Origin: an uncultured Polaribacter sp.
Lineage (GTDB): Bacteria; Bacteroidota; Bacteroidia; Flavobacteriales; Flavobacteriaceae
Reading direction: 5' to 3'
Assembly: GCA_913020555.1 (NCBI GenBank)
Contig: CAJWAC010000002.1
Coordinates: 20,460 to 84,459, forward strand
DNA length: 64,000 nucleotides
Shown in pieces: positions 39,866-49,786 of this stretch. Below the pieces are notes generated by a model. It saw nothing but the letters and a program-made list of their open reading frames with translations. It was not told the DNA's origin and ran no database searches. Numbering within the stretch: position 1 is the first letter of the stretch; every line of letters begins with the position of its first letter. Both the position numbers and the translations under genes were made by a program.

Positions 39866-40963
39866 CTATTTAAAATAATTGTCTAATTTTTTACTTTCAA
39901 TTTCCCAACACAAAACTTTCTTTGCTTTTTGTTGGTTGTCTTTAATTTTAGATAATAACGTTTTATCTTTTAAAAGATTGTGAATTGTTTTGGCAATTGT
40001 TTCTGGTTTGTAATCTTCAACCAAAACTCCAACTTTATATTCATTGATAATTTTTGATATTTCGGGCAAATTACCAGCTATAATTGGGATTTCTGCATGA
40101 ATATAATCAAACAACTTATTGGGCAAAGAAAATTTGAAACTCAACCCTAAAGGCTCCTCTAAAACCATTCCTAAAGTAGCTTGTTTTGTATAATTAAATA
40201 ATTTGTCTCTCTCTACTCTTCCTAAAAAGAATACTCTTTGACTCATTTTATGCTCGCGAACAAAACTTTTCAATTCTTCTTCTACTTTTCCGTAACCGAT
40301 AATTATTAAATCTAGATCATCAATATACTTTAAAGCCTTTATCATAGGTTTTATTCCTCTGCCAGGATTTAAAACGCCTTGATATAAGATTGTTTTATTT
40401 TTAGTTGGGAAATAAACTTCTTCCTTTACTTGAAGATCTTTTTTTAAAGGGACGTTACGAATTAATCCCATTTTATTTTGATATTTCTTATCATAAAAAT
40501 CAACAATAGACTGACTTACTGTATATGATTTTTTAATTCTTGGAAGAAAGAAATCTTCTAATTTCTGCCAAAAGGTTTTTACAAATTTTCTTCCTTCAAG
40601 CTCCACACTTTCCGAAAATAATTCGTGACTATCATAAACTAATTCAATATTTTTGAGTTTACTAACAAAAAAACAAGCAGGTAAAGTGTCTAAATCATTT
40701 GCTAAAATATAGTCGTAATTTTTAAAAATAAGGTAAAAGAATAACCGAATATTAAATTCAGCATAAAACCAAGCTTCGTTATTAAAAAAATGTTTTTTTC
40801 TGATAATTTTGTAGCTCCTATTTACATGAATTGTATTTGACAAAACCCTCCCATACACCTGTACAGAAAAGTTTTTACTGATTAAATAGTTGCAAATTTT
40901 ATGTACTCTGTAATCTGTAGAAACATCATTAGTGACCGCTACAAAGACTTTCTTTTTACTCAA
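39866..40963 (-). CDS. GT-B (family 4-like) glycosyltransferase
   Basis: D.RV.K, ANDLDTL, YDSHE and SLPNKLFDY motifs. Confidence 0.9.
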   Translation of the reverse strand: MSKKKVFVAVTNDVSTDYRVHKICNYLISKNFSVQVYGRVLSNTIHVNRSYKIIRKKHFFNNEAWFYAEFNIRLFFYLIFKNYDYILANDLDTLPACFFVSKLKNIELVYDSHELFSESVELEGRKFVKTFWQKLEDFFLPRIKKSYTVSQSIVDFYDKKYQNKMGLIRNVPLKKDLQVKEEVYFPTKNKTILYQGVLNPGRGIKPMIKALKYIDDLDLIIIGYGKVEEELKSFVREHKMSQRVFFLGRVERDKLFNYTKQATLGMVLEEPLGLSFKFSLPNKLFDYIHAEIPIIAGNLPEISKIINEYKVGVLVEDYKPETIAKTIHNLLKDKTLLSKIKDNQQKAKKVLCWEIESKKLDNYFK

Positions 40964-40995
40964 AACACATCAAAATTAAAAAATAAGAACACAAA

Positions 40996-41667
40996 CTACG
41001 CAACTTCAAATAAAGCTCCAGCTTCTACCTTTAAAGTTTTGTGTTTAAATTTAACAATTAACTGATAATCATGAGTAGCCATTAAAATGGTTTTACCACT
41101 TTTATGAATATCGTTTAATAATTGCATCACCTCTAAAGAAGTTTTAGGATCTAGGTTTCCTGTAGGTTCATCTGCCAAAATTAGTTCTGGATCGTTCAAT
41201 AAAGCTCTAGCAATAGCTACCCTTTGTTGCTCTCCTCCAGAAAGTTCGTACGTTTTTTTATAATATTGAGACTGCATTCCTACTTTTTCTAAAACCTCAT
41301 TAATTTTACTTTTTATTTCCTCTTTATTTTTCCAGCCTGTAGCTTTTAAAACAAATTCTAAGTTCTGAAAAATTGTTCTATCACTCAACAATTTAAAATC
41401 CTGAAAAACAATTCCTATTTTTCTTCTCAAAAAAGGAATCTCTTTTTCTTTTAGCTTTTTTAAATCAAAATTTACAATTTCCCCAGTTCCTCTTTGTAAA
41501 TTTAAATCACCATAAAGTGTTTTCATTAAACTGCTTTTTCCACTCCCAGTCTTACCTATCAAATAGTAAAAATCACCTTTATTGATTGTTAAATTCACCT
41601 TAGACAACACTAAATTATCTCTTTGATAAATATCGGCATCCTCTAATTTTAAAATGGTTTTGCTCAT
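40996..41667 (-). CDS. ftsE: FtsE-like ABC ATPase
   Basis: [38 protein letters not shown] and DEPTGNLD motifs. Confidence 0.85.
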   Translation of the reverse strand: MSKTILKLEDADIYQRDNLVLSKVNLTINKGDFYYLIGKTGSGKSSLMKTLYGDLNLQRGTGEIVNFDLKKLKEKEIPFLRRKIGIVFQDFKLLSDRTIFQNLEFVLKATGWKNKEEIKSKINEVLEKVGMQSQYYKKTYELSGGEQQRVAIARALLNDPELILADEPTGNLDPKTSLEVMQLLNDIHKSGKTILMATHDYQLIVKFKHKTLKVEAGALFEVA

Positions 41668-41825
41668 AAAGACAGTAGTTTTTACAAACTTATTAGTTTC
41701 TTATGATTTTAGCGTCTAAAATTTCAATAATCTTAATTTTAGGATAAATAATTTTGAATATTTTTCTTAAATTCATCCAACAAATTTAAAAAATGTTCGT
41801 TAATTAGATTAAACTAAAAATTGAT

Positions 41826-44800
41826 ATGAAACTTCGTTTTTACAGAAAATTCATTTTATTATTTATTTTTTTCATATTAAGCAATAGTATAGTTGCTCAA
41901 AAATCTATTATTGATACTAGTACTATTACAGATTTTAACAACGCATTAGAACTCTACAATAATAAAGCTTACGGTGCCGCACAAAAAACATTTGATAAAG
42001 TAAAAAAAGAAGCTGTTCAAAGTTCTAATTTGCAAGCAGATGCTTCTTACTATGATGCCATGTGTGCCATAAAACTAAACCAAACGAATGCAGATGAAAA
42101 AGTATTAAATTTTGTGGAAGAAAACCCAACAAGTAATAAAAAGAATAAGGCGTTTTTTAATGTTGGTAATTATTATTTTGCAAATAAAAAAGCAGCTCAT
42201 GCTTTAAAATGGTACAAAAAAGTAAATACTGCTTTTATATCTAAAGAAAATATAAAAGAACTTAATTTTAAAATGGGTTATGGTTTTTTAGTGGCCAAAA
42301 GATTAGACTTAGCAAAAAACAAATTTCTACCACTAATTAACGATGCAAAATATGGAAACGATTCCAGATATTATTACGGTTATATTTCTTACAAACAAGA
42401 AGATTATGGAATTGCTGAATCTACATTAAAAGAAATTGCCGATAACAAATCTTACAAAGCAGAAATCTCATACTATTTATTAGACATTAGCTTTAAATCT
42501 GGCCAATTTGAGCGCTGCATAATTGTAGGTCAAAAACTTTTAAAAACTGCCAAACGAAAAGATATTTCAGAAATCTCTAAAATTGTTGGCGAAAGTTTTT
42601 TTAATTTAAATAAATATGAGGAAGCCATTCCCTATTTAAAAGCATATAAAGGGAAAAATAAGAAATGGAACAATACTGATTATTATCAATTGGGATACGC
42701 ATACTATAAGCAAAATGATTTTGAAAATGCTATAAGCTTTTTTAATAAAATTATTTCACAAAAAAATGCTGTTTCTCAAAACGCTTATTATCATTTAGCT
42801 GAATGCTATTTAAATATTGATAAAAAAAATGAGGCTTTAAATGCGTTTCAAACTGCGAGCATAATGACCTTTAATAAAAAAATTCAAGAAGATGCTGCTT
42901 TAAATTATGCCAAATTAAGTTACGAAGAAGGAAACCCTTTTGAAAGTGTTTCTGATGTTTTACAAAATTACCTCAAAAAATATCCAAACTCCAATGCTTA
43001 CAAGGAAATTAATGAATTGGTAGTTTCTTCTTTCATTCATCAACAAGATTATAAAGGTGCGTTAGATTATCTTAAAAAGAAAAAGTCTCAAGAAAATACC
43101 GAGCTAACTTTTGAGGTTTCTTTATACAGAGGAATCCAATTATTTAATGAAAACAAACTCTCTGAATCTATTTCTTACTTTGCGACTTCACAATCTTCTA
43201 AAAACAATAAAATAAGTCAAAAAGGAAAATATTGGGAAGCTGAAGCATTGTATAGATTAGGAAATTATGATACTGCATTGCCTAAGTTCTTAAGCCTTCA
43301 AAATTCATTAAAAAAAGACAACAATAATGTTTTCCCTTTATTAACCTACACTATTGGTTACACGTATTTTAAATTGAAAAAATATGAAAAATCAGCCAGT
43401 ACATTTAGTCTGTTTATAACGCAAGAGGAACCAGAAACTTTAATTAAAAATGATGCTTACATTCGTTTAGGAGATAGCTATTTTGCAACTAGAAATTACA
43501 AGGATGCCATTAAAAGTTATGAAGTTGTAATTACTGAAAATGGCGCAGAAGCTGATTATGCTCAATATCAAATTGGGATGAGTTATGGTTTTATAAACGA
43601 AAATCAAGCAAAGATTACAGCTCTAAACAAAGTTGTAAATGAGTATACGACATCTACTTTAAAAGATGATGCTTTATATCAATTGGCAAATACATACACA
43701 AAAATCAAAAGTAATTCAAAAGCGCATCAAGCTTATGATCGCCTTTTAAGTATATATCCAAAAAGTGCATTTTTACCAAAATCTTTGGTAAGACAAGGTT
43801 TATTGTATTACAATGAAAATGAGAACTCAAAAGCGTTAGAAAAATTTAAATTAACAGTTCGTAAATTTCCAAATTCGCCTGATGCTATTGAAGCAGTAAG
43901 AAACGCAAAAAATATTTATATCGATCAAGACAATTTAGATGATTATGTGACTTGGACCAAAACTTTAAAATTTATTGACGTTTCTGATAATGAACTAGAA
44001 AGTTCTTCTTTTGCAATTGCCGAAAGAAAATATTTTGAAGGCAAAAATGATGGAAGTATTCTAAGTTTAAAAAAGTATTTAAGAAAATTTCCTGATGGGA
44101 AAAATAATCTTAAAGCAAACTATTATTTAGCAGATATTTTATTTAAAGAAAAATTATTTACACAATCCATAGAGAAATATCAAATTGTATTAAAAAATGG
44201 TCAAAGTGAATTTAGTGAAGATGCTTTGGCAAAACTATCTCAGGTATATCTTCAAAAAGAAGATGTTAAAAATGCAATTCCCCTTTTAGAAAGACTAGAA
44301 AAAGAAGCATATGTAAAAGAAAATATTTTATTTGCACAAAGTAATTTAATGAAAGCCTATAATTTTAATGAAGATTACAATGCATCAATTATTTATGCTA
44401 AAAAAATTCTTGACAAAGATAAACTTGATGACAATTTACGTTTAGATGCCAAAAAAATAATTGCTAGAGCTTCATTTAACAATAAAGACTTAGAAACTGC
44501 AGCGATTTATTATGAAGAAATTAATGAGGAAGCTAAAGGAGAGTTAAAAGCTGAAAGTTTGTATTATAGCGCTTATTTTAAAAATAATGATAGAGACTTT
44601 GAATCATCAACCAAAGTTGTGCAAGAACTGATTGCAAATTACTCTGCCTACAAATATTGGGGAGTAAAAAGTTATGTAATTATGGCCAAAAATTACTATA
44701 GTTTAAAAGATGCCTATCAAGCCACTTTTATCTTAGAAAATGTAATTAAAAACTTTTCTCAATACGATGATATTTTAAAAGAAGCCCAGCAAGAGCTTGA

Positions 44801-44861
44801 TAAAATAAAAGATAATGAAGCAAAAACAAATAATTCTGTAACTCCTCAAAACAAAAATTAA
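41826..44861 (+). CDS. Large exported tetratricopeptide repeat protein
   Basis: Signal peptide; many TPR-like repeats (e.g. YYQLGYAYY, AYYHLAECY). Confidence 0.9.
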   Translation: MKLRFYRKFILLFIFFILSNSIVAQKSIIDTSTITDFNNALELYNNKAYGAAQKTFDKVKKEAVQSSNLQADASYYDAMCAIKLNQTNADEKVLNFVEENPTSNKKNKAFFNVGNYYFANKKAAHALKWYKKVNTAFISKENIKELNFKMGYGFLVAKRLDLAKNKFLPLINDAKYGNDSRYYYGYISYKQEDYGIAESTLKEIADNKSYKAEISYYLLDISFKSGQFERCIIVGQKLLKTAKRKDISEISKIVGESFFNLNKYEEAIPYLKAYKGKNKKWNNTDYYQLGYAYYKQNDFENAISFFNKIISQKNAVSQNAYYHLAECYLNIDKKNEALNAFQTASIMTFNKKIQEDAALNYAKLSYEEGNPFESVSDVLQNYLKKYPNSNAYKEINELVVSSFIHQQDYKGALDYLKKKKSQENTELTFEVSLYRGIQLFNENKLSESISYFATSQSSKNNKISQKGKYWEAEALYRLGNYDTALPKFLSLQNSLKKDNNNVFPLLTYTIGYTYFKLKKYEKSASTFSLFITQEEPETLIKNDAYIRLGDSYFATRNYKDAIKSYEVVITENGAEADYAQYQIGMSYGFINENQAKITALNKVVNEYTTSTLKDDALYQLANTYTKIKSNSKAHQAYDRLLSIYPKSAFLPKSLVRQGLLYYNENENSKALEKFKLTVRKFPNSPDAIEAVRNAKNIYIDQDNLDDYVTWTKTLKFIDVSDNELESSSFAIAERKYFEGKNDGSILSLKKYLRKFPDGKNNLKANYYLADILFKEKLFTQSIEKYQIVLKNGQSEFSEDALAKLSQVYLQKEDVKNAIPLLERLEKEAYVKENILFAQSNLMKAYNFNEDYNASIIYAKKILDKDKLDDNLRLDAKKIIARASFNNKDLETAAIYYEEINEEAKGELKAESLYYSAYFKNNDRDFESSTKVVQELIANYSAYKYWGVKSYVIMAKNYYSLKDAYQATFILENVIKNFSQYDDILKEAQQELDKIKDNEAKTNNSVTPQNKN

Positions 44862-46627
44862 TGAAAAAAGGTGTTCTTATATTTTTAATTTTATTTGTTT
44901 TTTTAAGCGTAAATGCTCAACAAAAACCTGTAGCTGTAAAAGATACTGTAAAAACTGAAGTTGTAGAAGTTATTACAAGCTATAATCCTGAAATTGCTGA
45001 CGCAAATAAAATTAAAAAAAGTCCGATTATAACATTATTAGATAAAAACAAGAAGAAAAAATTAGCATACAATATTTTCTCTGCACCTGTTGCTTCTACT
45101 TTTATTCCCAAAAGTGGGGTTGTAAAAGGAGTGGATGTTGGTGTAAGAGAGCGCCTCTACAACAATTATATTGCTGCTGGATTTGGAAATTATACATCAC
45201 CATACGCAGAAATTTATATTCATAATTACGCTCGGTTTGAAAGTGAATTCGGTGCCTCCGTGAAATATGCAGCTTCTTTAGATAACATTCCAGACATTCA
45301 GTTAGATAGTAATTTTTCAAATTTCATTGCAAGCCTTTTTTACAAAAGAGAAGAACGTTATTTTGATTGGAAAATTTCTTTAAACACAGAAGTTAATGCT
45401 CATAATTATTATGGTTTAAAGAAAAATACTTTTGATTTAAATACCATTAACGGCATTGAAGAAAATCAGAAATACAATTATTTTAATGCAACTGGTGAAA
45501 TTGATTTTATAGACGCTTACATAAATAAGAGTATTTTGTCGCTATCATATTTCACAGACGATTATAGTAGTAAAGAATTTTTATTCAACTTAAACACTGA
45601 CTTAGATTTACCTCTTAAATATATAAGTAGAAGTTTAAATAACTTACAAATAAAAACGGGGATAGAATATTTAGGAGGAAGTTTTGCTATTGATTATGCC
45701 AACCAAAACCAACTGAATTATTCCATTTTTACTTTGAACATAAATCCAGAATACAAGGATATTTTTGTTGGTTTTTCACTTAAACTAGGTGCAAAATTAT
45801 TTGCGTCATTTGACACTGAAAATAATTCAAATAATTTGTTAGTTTATCCAGATATTAAACTTCAAAAATCTATAATTGAGGAGAAACTTAATATTTACGC
45901 AGGTGCTTCTGGTAATTTAAATACAAACACCTATAGAAACTTTACTAAAGATAATCCTTTTATTTCACCAACACAATTTATAACACAAACTTCAGAAAAG
46001 TATAATATATTTTTAGGTTTAAATGGTGTTATTAATAATGCTATAAGTTTTAATATTTTAGGCAGTTTTAACGAAGAAGAAGATAAAGCTTTGTTTATTC
46101 TAAACAATTCAAAATCTAATGGTATTAATAACACGATAAATGGATTAGCAATAAAAGGCTATGAATATGGTAATTCATTTTCCGTTATTTATGATGATGT
46201 AAGTACTACTTCTATTTTGGCAGAATTAGAATATGATTTAACCAAAAGAATTACGTTTTCTGCTAATTTTCAATTCGATAACTTTTCATTAAAAACCCAA
46301 AGAGAAGCCTGGAATTTACCTCAAATACAAAGTAGTTTAAGTGCAAAATATAAAAATGCTAAATGGTATGCCACTTCAAATATTTTCTATATTGGTGAAA
46401 GAAAAGATGTTTTATATAGTTCAGTATTCCCGTCAAATTTAAATAATACTCAAAATTTAGATGCTTTTATAGATGTAAACTTAAGTGGTGGATATCAATT
46501 TAGTAATAAATTCTCAGCATTTCTAAAACTAAGTAATATTTTAAATACAAATTATGAACGTTATGTAAATTTTAATGTTCAAGGCTTTCAAGTTTTAGGA
46601 GGAATAGCTTATAAATTTGATTTATAA
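44861..46627 (+). CDS. Outer-membrane beta-barrel (TonB-dependent receptor-like)
   Basis: Signal peptide; C-terminal NILN..Y...GFQVLGGIAYKF; 1-nt overlap with the TPR gene. Confidence 0.8.
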   Translation: MKKGVLIFLILFVFLSVNAQQKPVAVKDTVKTEVVEVITSYNPEIADANKIKKSPIITLLDKNKKKKLAYNIFSAPVASTFIPKSGVVKGVDVGVRERLYNNYIAAGFGNYTSPYAEIYIHNYARFESEFGASVKYAASLDNIPDIQLDSNFSNFIASLFYKREERYFDWKISLNTEVNAHNYYGLKKNTFDLNTINGIEENQKYNYFNATGEIDFIDAYINKSILSLSYFTDDYSSKEFLFNLNTDLDLPLKYISRSLNNLQIKTGIEYLGGSFAIDYANQNQLNYSIFTLNINPEYKDIFVGFSLKLGAKLFASFDTENNSNNLLVYPDIKLQKSIIEEKLNIYAGASGNLNTNTYRNFTKDNPFISPTQFITQTSEKYNIFLGLNGVINNAISFNILGSFNEEEDKALFILNNSKSNGINNTINGLAIKGYEYGNSFSVIYDDVSTTSILAELEYDLTKRITFSANFQFDNFSLKTQREAWNLPQIQSSLSAKYKNAKWYATSNIFYIGERKDVLYSSVFPSNLNNTQNLDAFIDVNLSGGYQFSNKFSAFLKLSNILNTNYERYVNFNVQGFQVLGGIAYKFDL

Positions 46628-46663
46628 GGTATTTAACTTACTTTTTACTTATCTTTACTTGCT

Positions 46664-47380
46664 ATGTTTTATTATTTATTAATAGCTTTCCAAGCATTTT
46701 GTATGTTTCATGTTTACAAAAGCAGAAACGACTATTACTGGTACTTCTTAATTTTTTTTGTACCATTAATAGGTGGTCTTGTATATTTTATTTTAAAAGT
46801 AATTAATAAAACCAATATGAATAATACTTTAAATACCATTACTCATATTATTAATCCTTTAAAAGAAATAAAAGATCTCAAAAAAAAACTAGCTTTTAAA
46901 GATAGTTTTCAAAATAAAATTAGTCTTGCAGACGCCCTTGCAGAAAAAAATGATTTTAATAATGCAATAGTTTATTATGAAAAAGCTTTATCCGGAAAAT
47001 ATAAAAACCACCCACTTACTTTAAACAAAGTATTGAAATGCTATTTTCAAATTAAAAATTATAAAAAAGTATTGCATTATGCCAATAAATTAAATCTTGC
47101 TAAATCTTCAAATGGGTCCATATGTTTATATGCCATTTCATTAGAAAATTGTGGTTTCATTACGGAAGCAGAAATTCAGTTTAAAAAAACAGATAAAAAA
47201 TACTCGCACCATACAGAACGACTCGAATTGTCAAAATTTTTAGTTCGGCGAAATAAGAAAGAAGATGCAAAAATTGTTTTGAATAATATTATTATCGAAA
47301 TAGAAAATATGATTAAAAGTAACAAGAAAAAACACAAGCATATTTACAATGAATCCAAAAAATTAATAAGTGAAATATAA
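46664..47380 (+). CDS. Membrane-anchored TPR-like protein
   Basis: Two N-terminal TM helices (W..LIFFVPLIGGLVY) followed by helical repeats. Confidence 0.75.
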   Translation: MFYYLLIAFQAFCMFHVYKSRNDYYWYFLIFFVPLIGGLVYFILKVINKTNMNNTLNTITHIINPLKEIKDLKKKLAFKDSFQNKISLADALAEKNDFNNAIVYYEKALSGKYKNHPLTLNKVLKCYFQIKNYKKVLHYANKLNLAKSSNGSICLYAISLENCGFITEAEIQFKKTDKKYSHHTERLELSKFLVRRNKKEDAKIVLNNIIIEIENMIKSNKKKHKHIYNESKKLISEI

Positions 47381-47643
47381 TTTACTAAAAAACTATTTCA
47401 TAACATCTAAATATTTTTTTACCATGATTTATTCGTATAATAATTATAGTTTCTAGGTGCTAAAAATAAAATGAATAATTTTATTAAAACGATGCAGACT
47501 TTTGATTATTATCATAACAGCTGAGATACTTTTGATAAAGTTAAAAAACGTAAATTAAAATTAGGAAATCTATCAATAGCAAGTAAAGTATATTTAATGG
47601 ATAAATATGTATTTACTTATTCACCTGTAAAACCATAATTTAT

Positions 47644-48006
47644 TTGGACATTCTAGTATTCATCTTAAAAATAATCTACGGGACTTTTTTCTGCTTCGCA
47701 GGAATAATGCATTTTGTAAAACCAAAATTTTTCTATCCTTTTATCCCAAATATTTTCCCTAAAAATTTAGTCAATTATTTAATTGGATGCATTGAATTTT
47801 TATTGGGTTTAGGAATTTTCTTCCCAAAAACAGCAAAGGAAACATCATTAGGTATTTTTATTTTACTTGTTATATTATTACCAATCCATCTTTGGGATTT
47901 AACTAAAGTAAAACCTGCTATTGGGTCTAAAAAAATGGCTATTATTCGAATACCTATTCAATTTATTTTGATGTATGGAGTTTATGTTATATATAAAAAA
48001 ATTTAA
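47644..48006 (+). CDS. DoxX-like membrane protein
   Basis: AGIMHF..P.F motif, GCIE, RIPIQ; four hydrophobic segments. Confidence 0.8.
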   Translation: MDILVFILKIIYGTFFCFAGIMHFVKPKFFYPFIPNIFPKNLVNYLIGCIEFLLGLGIFFPKTAKETSLGIFILLVILLPIHLWDLTKVKPAIGSKKMAIIRIPIQFILMYGVYVIYKKI

Positions 48007-48010
48007 ATTT

Positions 48011-49624
48011 ATGAAAAAAAATTATTTTATTTTTTGCATCATTTTAACCCTATTTTCTTGTGGAAAAGAACAAGTCGATTTAATTGTAACCAATGCAACA
48101 ATATATACAGTAGATTCAGAATTTAGCAATGCAGAAGCTTTCGCTATCAAAGATGGAAAGTTTATTGCCGTTGGAACTGCTGCAGAAATTACCAATAAAT
48201 ATTCTGCAACAGAAACTCTAGATGCAAAAGGAGAAACTATTGTTCCTGGCTTAATTGATGCGCATTGTCATTTTTACAGAATGGGATTACAGCAACAAAA
48301 AGTATCTTTAGAAGGAACAAAAAGTTATGATGAAGTCTTAGAAAAACTTGTCGCTTTTCAAAATGAAAAGAATGTTTCCTTTATTACAGGTCGTGGTTGG
48401 GATCAAAATGATTGGGCTGTAAAAGAATTCCCTAAAAAAGACAAATTAGATTCTTTATTCCCCTCAATTCCTGTTGCGGTAAGAAGAGTGGATGGTCATG
48501 CACTTTTGGTAAATCAAGCTGCTATAGATTTATCAGGTATTACCAAAAACACTCCAGTTATTGGTGGTGAAATCATTACTCATAATGGTGAGATGACAGG
48601 AGTGTTAATTGATGCTGCTATGGATTTCATTAAAATTCCTGAACCAACAAAACAAGAGTCTATTCAAGGTTTACTTGATGCTCAAAAAATCTGTTTTTCT
48701 TACGGATTAACTACGGTTGATGATGCTGGTTTAGACAGGAATACAATTGAACTAATTGAAGAATTACAAAAAAATAATCAATTAAAAATGAGAATTTACG
48801 CTATGGTTTCTGGCGATAAACAATCTCAAATAGATTATTATATAAACAAGGGCATCTACAAAACTAATAAATTAAATGTACGTTCTTTTAAAGTTTACGG
48901 AGATGGTGCTTTGGGTTCTAGAGGAGCCGCCATGCGAAAACCTTATTCCGATAGAGAAAATCATTTTGGAGCTCTAATTTATCCTGCTGAGCGTTATCGA
49001 GAAATTGCCAAACAAATTGCAGCTTCTGAATTTCAAATGAATACACACGCCATTGGTGACTCTGCAAATACTTGGGTTTTAAAAATTTATAAAGAAGCAC
49101 TAAAAGGAACTAAAAATAGACGTTGGAGAAATGAACATTCTCAAATTGTATCCTTAGAAGATTTTGAATTATTTGAAAAAGTAATTCCATCAATTCAACC
49201 AACTCATGCAACATCAGATATGTATTGGGCTGAAGATCGAGTTGGTAAAAAAAGAATGAAAGGTGCTTATGCTTACAAAGATTTATTAAATGCATATGGA
49301 AAAATTGCTCTAGGAACTGACTTTCCTGTAGAAAAAGTAAATCCTTTTTTAACTTTTTATGCTGCTGCAATCCGTAAAGATTTAGATGGATATCCAGAAA
49401 AAGGTTTTCAAATAAAAAATGCCTTAAATAGAGAAGAAACATTAAAAGGGATGACAATTTGGGCAGCCTATGCAAATTTTGAAGAGCATGAAAAAGGAAG
49501 TATTGAAGTTGGTAAAATGGCTGATTTTACAATTTTAAATCAAGATATTATGAAAATTGACGGAGCACAAATTCCAAATACAAAAGCTATAGGAACATAT
49601 GTAAATGGCGAGAAAGTTTATTGA
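48011..49624 (+). CDS. YtcJ-like amidohydrolase lipoprotein
   Basis: Start moved to ATG 48011 (MKKNYF...LFSC lipobox). PGLIDAHCH, GRGWDQ, DGALGSRGA, HAIGD and GTDFPVE motifs. Confidence 0.9.
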   Translation: MKKNYFIFCIILTLFSCGKEQVDLIVTNATIYTVDSEFSNAEAFAIKDGKFIAVGTAAEITNKYSATETLDAKGETIVPGLIDAHCHFYRMGLQQQKVSLEGTKSYDEVLEKLVAFQNEKNVSFITGRGWDQNDWAVKEFPKKDKLDSLFPSIPVAVRRVDGHALLVNQAAIDLSGITKNTPVIGGEIITHNGEMTGVLIDAAMDFIKIPEPTKQESIQGLLDAQKICFSYGLTTVDDAGLDRNTIELIEELQKNNQLKMRIYAMVSGDKQSQIDYYINKGIYKTNKLNVRSFKVYGDGALGSRGAAMRKPYSDRENHFGALIYPAERYREIAKQIAASEFQMNTHAIGDSANTWVLKIYKEALKGTKNRRWRNEHSQIVSLEDFELFEKVIPSIQPTHATSDMYWAEDRVGKKRMKGAYAYKDLLNAYGKIALGTDFPVEKVNPFLTFYAAAIRKDLDGYPEKGFQIKNALNREETLKGMTIWAAYANFEEHEKGSIEVGKMADFTILNQDIMKIDGAQIPNTKAIGTYVNGEKVY

Positions 49625-49706
49625 ATTTAATAAACATTCCAAAAATTCTTTATTACAATTATTTGCTTCTTTGTTATTAATAATTATTAGGATGTTCTTC
49701 AAAAAT

Positions 49707-49735
49707 AAAAAGGCAGTGATAAAAAATCACTACCT
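49707..49735 (-). terminator. Intrinsic terminator after the S41 protease
   Basis: Minus strand AGGTAGTGAT-TTTTT-ATCACTGCCT followed by TTTT, with one G-U pair. Confidence 0.65.
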
Positions 49736-49786
49736 CTAATATATTAATTTGTAACGCTATTTCAGGACGTCACATTACTAGTCGTT

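Noticed and set aside
47522-47524. In-frame TGA as selenocysteine
   Set aside because: No redox motif context and no obvious SECIS-like hairpin downstream.
47975-48010. Track start for the amidohydrolase
   Set aside because: It overlaps the DoxX-like gene; ATG 48011 gives a normal lipoprotein signal peptide.
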